From the NCBI GenBank assembly GCA_026936335.1, contig JAPMXV010000037.1:124001-188000 (forward strand): 64,000 bases of DNA. The letters are read 5' to 3'. The notes below the pieces were generated by a model. That model did not search any database and had not been told where the DNA came from. It was given only the letters and a program-made list of their open reading frames with translations. The stretch's first letter is position 1; each line of letters begins with the position of its first letter. A program made the translations under genes and the position numbers. This DNA comes from Mantamonas sphyraenae STR306 (taxonomy: Eukaryota > Protista > CRuMs). Positions 56,385-64,000 of the stretch are shown piece after piece.

Positions 56385-57983
56385 ATGAGCAGCCGTGACG
56401 CGGGTCCGTTGGATGAAAGCACTGTGGAGACACTTGTAAAGCAAGCGCTGCCGTGGGCGCTGATGAACGGCATTGTGATGGCCAACAACGAGATCTTTGA
56501 GAAGCAGGAAAAGGAAGGCAGCAGCAGCAGCAGCAGCAGCAGTGGAAGCAGCGGCAGCGCCAATGGGAAAAAGGCAGACACGACAGACAGCACAGTGGCG
56601 GTGGTGCAACACATGCCGTTCACGCTGCTGCCCACACCGGTGCCCAAAAAGGCGTTTGACGCGCTTGTGGAGGTGGTGCCTCACAATGCGGCGTTGTACC
56701 ATCGACTCTCGCGCAACCACGAGTTCCTGAGCGAGGTGATGGCCAGTGTGGTGCAGGTGGACGACTTTATGGCGCAGTTGTGGGAGGTGTACACCAGCGT
56801 GTACGACAAAGGGAACGGACCGCGGCAGCGCTTCAGCCTGGGTCTCTTCCGTTCCGACTACATGATGCACCAGAAGCATGCAGACGACGACGTGCGCTTC
56901 CTCCAAGTGGAGATGAATGTGATTTCGGCCGCGTTTGCAGGCATGTCGAGCCGAGTGAACGGCATGCACGCGTTCCTGACGGAGCAGCTGAGTGCCCAGG
57001 AACGCACCGCTCTCCTGGGCGACGGCGAGGTCTCCATGTCCCACTCGGATGTCAACTGGCCCGCAGCATTGCAACAGGCACATGCGGTGTACGTGGAGGA
57101 GCGCAGCACCCAGGATTCGCGTGCAACCGCTGCTGTGGTGCTCTTCCTGGTCCAGCCGCGTGAACGCAACCAGTTTGACCAGAAGCTGCTCGAATTCAAA
57201 CTGCTCGAGGCCGGCGTCCCTGTCCTGCGACGCACCTTTACGGACATCCACGAGCGCGCCAGTGTGGACGAGGACACCGGTGTGTTGCGCATCGACGGCA
57301 AGGAGGTGGCGGTGGTGTACTACCGGGCCGGCTACACTCCTTCCGATTACACCCACGACGGGGCATGGGAGGCTCGTCTGCTGCTGGAACAGTCGCTGGC
57401 CATCAAAGCCCCCACTGTGGCATACCAGTTGGTGGGCACGAAAAAGGTGCAACAGGTGCTGGCCCAGCCGGGGTCGCTGGAACGCTTCTTTGACGACAGC
57501 CAGGCTGACGAACTGGCAGCCATCCGTCGCACCTACGCAGGACTCTACTCGCTCACCAGCAGTGAGGATGGCAGCGATGCCGATGGCGACGCAGCCGTGC
57601 AAGAGGTGGTCGACAAGGCCATCGCTTCGCCCCAAGACTATGTGCTCAAGCCCTACCGCGAGGGTGGAGGCAACAACTACTACAACCAGGACGTGGCAGA
57701 CAAGCTGACCACCCTCGATGCCAAGGCTCGCTCTGCCTACATTCTCATGGACCGCATTGTGCCACCCACGCATCCCATGTACTTTGTGCGCATGGGCCGC
57801 GTACAGAACGCACAGGGGGTCAGCGAGATTGGCATTTACAACGCCATCCTGGCGCGTGACGACGAAATCATCTCCAATGGCGTCGCTGGACAGCTGTTGC
57901 GCTCCAAGCTGGCATCGCAAGACGACGGAGGCGTCGCCGCAGGCGTGGCTGTGATGGACTCCATGTTCCACGTGCACGGGTGA
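56385..57983 (+). CDS. GSS: glutathione synthetase (eukaryotic type)
   Basis: PFTLLP, FRSDYM, QVEMN, ERNQFDQ, YYRAGY.P.DY, QLVGTKKVQQ, KPYREGGGNN, YILMDRI, SEIGIY and GGVAAG. Confidence 0.95.
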   Translation: MSSRDAGPLDESTVETLVKQALPWALMNGIVMANNEIFEKQEKEGSSSSSSSSGSSGSANGKKADTTDSTVAVVQHMPFTLLPTPVPKKAFDALVEVVPHNAALYHRLSRNHEFLSEVMASVVQVDDFMAQLWEVYTSVYDKGNGPRQRFSLGLFRSDYMMHQKHADDDVRFLQVEMNVISAAFAGMSSRVNGMHAFLTEQLSAQERTALLGDGEVSMSHSDVNWPAALQQAHAVYVEERSTQDSRATAAVVLFLVQPRERNQFDQKLLEFKLLEAGVPVLRRTFTDIHERASVDEDTGVLRIDGKEVAVVYYRAGYTPSDYTHDGAWEARLLLEQSLAIKAPTVAYQLVGTKKVQQVLAQPGSLERFFDDSQADELAAIRRTYAGLYSLTSSEDGSDADGDAAVQEVVDKAIASPQDYVLKPYREGGGNNYYNQDVADKLTTLDAKARSAYILMDRIVPPTHPMYFVRMGRVQNAQGVSEIGIYNAILARDDEIISNGVAGQLLRSKLASQDDGGVAAGVAVMDSMFHVHG

Positions 57984-58066
57984 GCAATGAGCAGGACGCG
58001 CGCGAGAGCGAGAGATGCAATGGGGAACTGGATGCATTGTGAACAAAATATGTGTGTGGTGTGCCG

Positions 58067-61000
58067 TCATGCGAGCACGTCCACCAGGTTGCCAAGTGTC
58101 TTGACGACGGCCGGGTCGTCGCGGTAGTCGCGTGTGAGGGTGTGGAGTAGCACAGAGGCACCCACCTGCTCAAACAGAGGTAGAATCTTGGGATATTGGG
58201 TGGCCATGTCCAGCGCCAATTGGCAGCCGTTGAGAACCACCGACTTGTACGCCAGATGGTGGGCCATGGTGCGGAACAGCGCATGCACAACGGCACTCTG
58301 CAGATCGTACGTCAATTCCACACCGCGTCGTTCGACAATGTGCCGCAGCAGCGACAATCCACTCTGCACGACACTGAGGGAGGTCTCACACTGTTGCAGG
58401 GCGTACAAGACACCCGTGAGAGCAAGAAAGACGCCTGCAATTGGGCATTGCGGTGCACGAGGGAGCACATGCCACAGACAGCGCGTAAAGTGTTCAAACA
58501 CTTGGTCATCCTGTGCGTGGGAACCCTGTGTGGCCTCGCCGTACCGTTGCATGGCCAGAGTGAGTCTTCCCAAGAAGCGATCGGTGCGCTTGGGTTGCAT
58601 GTGTGCATCGACCATGAGGTCGGAGAGGAGCAACAAGCCCAGGCGTTGGATGTCTGCGTGCCTGTCGTGTTTTGCCAACACGTCGTCCAACACGGCAAAC
58701 AGGTGCAGCTCCGCCCATTGGCTTGCAAACTCCAGTTGCCAGGCCGTCTGCGTGCCTGCAAGGCGCACCTGGTGCAACACACTCGAGCATCATGCATACG
58801 CTCTCTGCAGCATTTGCATCCGTGTTGTTGTTGTCGTCGTCGTGGGTCTCTTGCCCCCCCACAGCGGCATGGACAAAGGCCGCCATTCCCTGGGACTGCA
58901 GCAGATCGATGCGTGCCTCGATAGAATCGAGGCAGATGCGATGGAGGAGCGGGAGAGCCGGTGGGGAGAGGCCAAGGAGGACAGATACAGCGTTGTGTAG
59001 CACAAGTGTGTCGATGGTGGATGTGGGATGCTGTTCGCACAGGACCGTGAGGCACTCCAGGGCTCCCTGGCTGGCGTTGTGCCTACGTTCCTGGTACGCA
59101 AGAATACTCACAGCCACACTGCGGTCCTCTTGGACCATGGCTGCTGCTGTCATGAGATGCACCAGGCGCAAACAGGCAGTGTCGGCCTGGGCATCGGTGT
59201 GCACCTCCTCCAGTAGAGTCGCGAGCATCGTGTGCAAAAGCAGCATGTTGTTGGACAGCAGCGGCAACACAATGCCTCCTCCGTCTTGATCCATGGTTGC
59301 CAAGCTGACCAGACAGGCAATGGTGTGGTACAGCGCGTTCCGTCTGCGAGCTGTTGCGCGTGGCAACGCTTTCTGCACACCATCCCCGTCCACACCTCCC
59401 TCGGCGGTGATGGTCTCGTCCTTGTCGTCGTCTTGCACGGCCCATTGACTCTGCAGTTGCTGACAGAGGACGAGCAGGTGCGACATCAGCGATTGCACTT
59501 CGGCCAGCCCCATCTCGTGGGCCACGGCAATGCGTTTTGCGTGGCTCCACGCTTCGGTGGCGTCATCCTGCGCCGTGGAGCCATCGTCGCCACCGTTTGC
59601 CACTGCTTCTTGCATGAGAGATGCCACGTGGTGCATGTGCTTGTCCCTGTGTGCCACAGCCAGCGAGCTGAACAGGTCATCAAATCGCCAGGTGTTGCCC
59701 GGCAACGACAGGAGACGTGCCAACAATTCGATGGCCACCCATTGCACCTGTGGATCGTTCCCAGGTGCAATCACAGCCTGGGCCGTGGTTGCCAGCACAC
59801 GCGTTTGCTTGACAGCCTCCAGGCTCATTTCCGGGCGCTGGCTCATTCGCTCGAGGATGGCAAGCACCCACCGTTGCAACTTTCCCTCGCCCGGGTGGTC
59901 GTTCAACAAACCCAGCAGATCATCCACCAGACGCGAGTATGTGTGGGCACTCATCAAGTGTGCCAGCACACGCTCGTCCTCCAAAGCACACAAACGATAC
60001 ACAAGCTGCACCGCGCCCAGTGCCACATCGCGATGGCGTGCAAAGCCATGCAAAGATTCAAGCAGAGCGTCTGCCAGCAGGCACAAATCGCCCAATGCCC
60101 TCAGAATAGCCTCATCATCGCCTTGACCATCATCGAGGGTGTCATCGTTGACATTCTCCGTTTCCTCCGGCACACGAGGGATGACTGCGTGCCAGAAACG
60201 CACCGCGAGTGCATGCACTGCAAGCGTGTGTGCGTGTGTGTGCATGCAATGGACGACGGCGAGGCTGCCTCCACCGTGGAGGACGCTTCGTGTGCGTCCA
60301 CATTGCACAAACAGCAGCATGAGTGCCAATGCGGCGGTGCAAATCCATTCTTGCTGCGGATGGGCCAACATGGCGCCAATGACGGTCATCATCCCGTGTG
60401 CATCGTCCAATGCAGCCACCGCCTCACCCCGCAACTCCTCAGGGGCACCGCTGCCACGTGTGAGCTCCAACAGTGTGTCCAAGGCCGCGTGAGACACATT
60501 CGAATCGGAAATGTGTGCTTGCATGCCCTCTACAACAGCTTGGGTCCACGCACGCACGGTCCACGAGTCCTCCAACGCGGGTTCGCCGTGTGCTCGGAGC
60601 ACACCGTTCACGTTGGCAAACGCACGAAGATTGTGTGCAAACAATGCACCGTGGTGGCTGTGGCGGGTGAGGATGGCCAGAAGGCTGGGAAGAAGGCGAA
60701 CGTCGGTGAGGGGTGCAGCCGAGCCCGACGCAGACCACACGGGAGCACACAGCACACGCACAGCCTGCGTGGCGACACCCACGTGGTCCACATGCACTGT
60801 GAGTGCGCGCAGACAAGTGTTGAGCACATACTTGCGTCCGTGTTGCATGTGCATGAGGCAGGTCAGCTGTGCGCTGTGACACAACGCTGCACACATCCGA
60901 CACGCACTTTCGTGCAGCTGAGCATCGTAACTGTACAGTGTGCTCAGCGAAGCCATGCACGCTAACAACCGCGGTGCCTCTTCCACCGCCTCATCAACAC

Positions 61001-64000
61001 TCGGGGTCGTGCGTGCAACAAAGTCAAACAGCTGCGCCGCCAGCGAGCCGGGCATCAGCATGCTCTCCGTCGACGATGGCGACGGAAGCATTGCCATGCG
61101 GCCACCTTCGGGCAATGGCAACGATGAAGAAGACGACGACGACGATGCCGACGATGGGGATGCAGTGGCATGAAAGGTGTCGAGCATCACGGCGGCCGTG
61201 GTGAAAGCACCTGCATCCAACACCTGCGTTTGCTGCTCTCTTGATCCATGGCCACCCAGGTTGGCCAGAACGGCAAAGCAAAGGGTGAGAAAGGGCCATT
61301 CGGGTCGACCTTGACGCGTTTGCTCCACCATCTGGTTGGCACAGATGACAAGGTGTGCAGTCAGCGCCGCAGAGTGGAGATGACGCACACAGGCAGGCGT
61401 GCGTGTGAGACACAGGAGCAGTGAACATGTGGCACGCAAAAGCACGAGGCCTCGTTCACGTCCTTTGTCCGAGGCGGCATTGCGACACAAATCGGCTGCC
61501 TGTCCCAGCAGCAAATGGGCAACCTCGACGGTTCCCTCGTGCTGAGCGACCACGACAGCTCTGCGTTCCCCCACCTGTTCCAGCACCTGCAAGCATGCCA
61601 AGACGTGCTCGTGGTCGAGACAGTGCCTGGCCACGCTCTGTAGGATGGCCTCGACGCCGTCGAGTTCTGTGGCGAGCAAATCAGCACAGTGCGGACTCAG
61701 CTGCGTGGCACTGGCCACGATGGACATGGCACTGCGCTGCAATGGCATACTGTCCAAATGTCGACGCATGGCAAACACAGTGGCACGCACGCCGCCCACG
61801 GCAAAGTATTGCAGGGCCAGCGAGGCCTTTGCCTGGATCAGGCGATCTACAGCCGCCAGACTGTATGCTGCGTACTCTCCGTCGTCCACACGGCGCTCCA
61901 GACACCGCACAATGCTCTCGGCCACATCGTCCGCTTCCAGAAGCACGTCGGCGGCATGTGGATCGACGCGCACGAGGCGCACGAGGAGGAACACCATGGT
62001 GATGAGCATGCGGTTGGACTCGAGCATGCCAGGGTGGGCCATCATGCATGACCAAACGCCACGCCAACGTGGCATCTGCTGGCTTGCAAAGCGTGCGTTG
62101 TCCACGTGTGCACACAGCAACTCCATCAGGGCAAACAGCTGCATGGCCATGGCCACATCGCTCGCGTGGTCGCTGCTGCACCGATTCACCTTGTGCACCA
62201 GGGCAAGTATCAATGGCTCGCTCACAAACGACTCGCAATTCACCACCTGTTCACGGTAGGCGCTGTACGTGGCCACAAACCCGGCAATGGTCGTCGGACG
62301 GCCTGATTCGTATGCCTCTCGTTCCATGCTGCTTTCCTTGGCCACATGCACATCCTCATCGTCGTCGTCGTTCTGGTCGTCTTCTTCGTCATCGTCGTCA
62401 TCATCATGGATTTGGCGATCATCCGTTGCCTCCAGCTCACCGTGTGTGTGGATTCCAGCTTGCTGCTTTTCCTCAGCAGTGCGCAGATCCTGTACAATGG
62501 CCATCAGCTGCTGGATGGACCATTCCACCGCACGATCATCGTCGTAGTACACCTGTCGTGTGTGGCTGCTCATTTCGAGCAGCGTACGATACTCCTTGAC
62601 ACGCCTTCGATCAAACCCCACTGCCCGTTGCAAGTCCTCGTCGACCACGTCGACAGGATCCGGATGGACCTGCACATCCGCATGCTGGCCATTGTGATGC
62701 CCCGCCTGCCACATCACGCCTCCGTCGATGACGGCGATGCCATCATCTTGTGGTTGCTGCTGCAGATCGAGCACATACAAAGGCTCATCGTCTTCGTCGT
62801 CACTGTCTGCAAGCAGATGGACGCCTGTGTCGAGCAGCTTGGCGCGCTGCTCCTCAATCAGCGCCTCCCACTTGGCCTGCACAACAAAGAGCTGGCTGGC
62901 AAAGGGCAGCTGCGAGCCCACCTGTCTCACAATGGGGTTGGTTTCGCCCATGTACACGAGTAGTTGGAAGCACCGGTGCACCAAATCGTATGACTTGAAG
63001 TGGGCGTGGATGAGGGCGGGCAACAAGCCCAGGCCGCCGTGTTGCACAACGGCAGGCAGTGCAGAGGGCACATCCACCACAATGCTCACACATGCACTCA
63101 CGCACCAGTAGCTCATCCACGCGTCGTGTTGGTTGGCAGCAAGCCACCCAAACACCAGTCGGATGGCACCTAGCCTGTGTGCTGTCCATGCATTTGCCTT
63201 GCAGCGTGTCAAATAAGTTAATGCCTGCAAAGCCAATGTGGCCGCCTCCTGCGTCTCTGCGTCGTCGTCCTTCTGCTCCTCGTTCCTGTCATCCACGTGC
63301 GACTGACGGCCCTCGTCACTACTGGACGCTTCCGGGTTCGCATGCAGTGTATGAGTCAAAAAGTACATCACTGCCTTGACGGCACGCTTGCTACGGAACG
63401 CAGGGTGGTTTGTCATCAGCTCGCGTTCCGATGCATATCGCCTGCAAAACGCACGAAGGTGACCCAAGTGCAAGCCCATTGCACTGTCACTCTCTGTCTC
63501 GTTGCCATGTGCCCCCTCTGTCTGTATCCCCTGCCTCAGCGTGTATGTCAACTCAGCCATGTGATCACGATGCGCCTGCTCGACGTCGGCGGCAAGCTCT
63601 TGCGGCGGCTGCATCTGTTGTTGTTGTTCCTCCGATGGTTGCCCCGCCTGCGGATTGCTGCTGCTTGCAGCCATGGACGTCACAGAGCCAAGCATGGAGC
63701 TGAGAGAGTCGACGTGGCCGGCATTGGCCTTGTCGAGGATGGCCACCAATCGCGAACGCACCGCATGCATGCCTGGCCTGTCATGAGGGTCAGGTTTGGT
63801 ACACAATGTGGCCAAATCCATGATGGCAATGCGTGCGGGGGCATGTGCGAAATTGAGCATCATCGCATGGAGTGTGTCGCGCACGTGTTGCAAGCCTGCC
63901 ATCGCGTTGCAGCCGCTCACCATCTCCAGCATCACCATGCCCAGCGAAAACACGTCGTGCTTGCGAGTGTACAGCACATTGGCGCGCAGAAGGTCCGGCG
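58067..64000 (-). CDS. protein kinase (C-lobe only in window) followed by a long armadillo-repeat region; 5' partial; apparent frameshift at ~58780
   Basis: Subdomains VIII-XI: xPDLL..YTRKHDVFSLGMVMLEM..CTKPDPHDRP. Then about 1900 aa of helical repeats (G.....V..M..H.....Q..A...L) resembling LRRK/aardvark-type ARM repeats. Confidence 0.75.

Noticed and set aside
53602-58070. Long antisense ORFs (53602-55758 + and 56067-58070 -; also 8628-10025 and 3916-5307)
   Set aside because: Shadow ORFs opposite conserved genes, expected with GC-rich codon bias. They carry no motifs.
1-64000. Alternative genetic code or selenocysteine readthrough
   Set aside because: TGA, TAA and TAG all occur at expected C-termini, and I saw no in-frame stop inside a conserved domain.

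Overview
Gene-dense, GC-rich nuclear DNA from a microbial eukaryote, with short GT-AG introns (CTGAC/CTCAC branch sites, CA/GT repeats) and a standard genetic code. The lineage cannot be assigned from this window. About 32 protein-coding genes are packed with very short spacers, and about 9 head-to-head pairs have only 23-198 bp between predicted start codons. Recognisable genes: B-box+DUF2009, MiaA/IPT9-type tRNA isopentenyltransferase, MCT transporter, VPS37, Eis-like GNAT, Elongin C, DNAJC3, GATA/AT-hook factor, a 2205-aa beta-helix/multi-TM surface protein, C8orf82, uS17m, SPATA5L1, NAAA/acid ceramidase, IST1, a DUF4185-like type II membrane protein, two mitochondrial carriers, RGP1-like, separase, GNL1, a SUN protein, ERCC8, YqeY, a twin-CX9C microprotein, RPL12, a divergent actin, LRR-PP2C, mitochondrial EF-G, glutathione synthetase and a partial kinase-ARM protein. 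About 13 apparent frameshifts are mostly 1-nt losses in G/C runs and look like long-read assembly errors. I found no tRNA, rRNA, CRISPR array or transposon, and no clearly demonstrated new system. The best leads are a ~170-nt hairpin in the unusually long RPL12 intron, an actin with altered catalytic residues next to an LRR-PP2C, the orphan beta-helix multi-TM protein, the GH183/DUF4185-like enzyme, the ultra-compact gene spacing and an intron that may split the GNL1 start codon.
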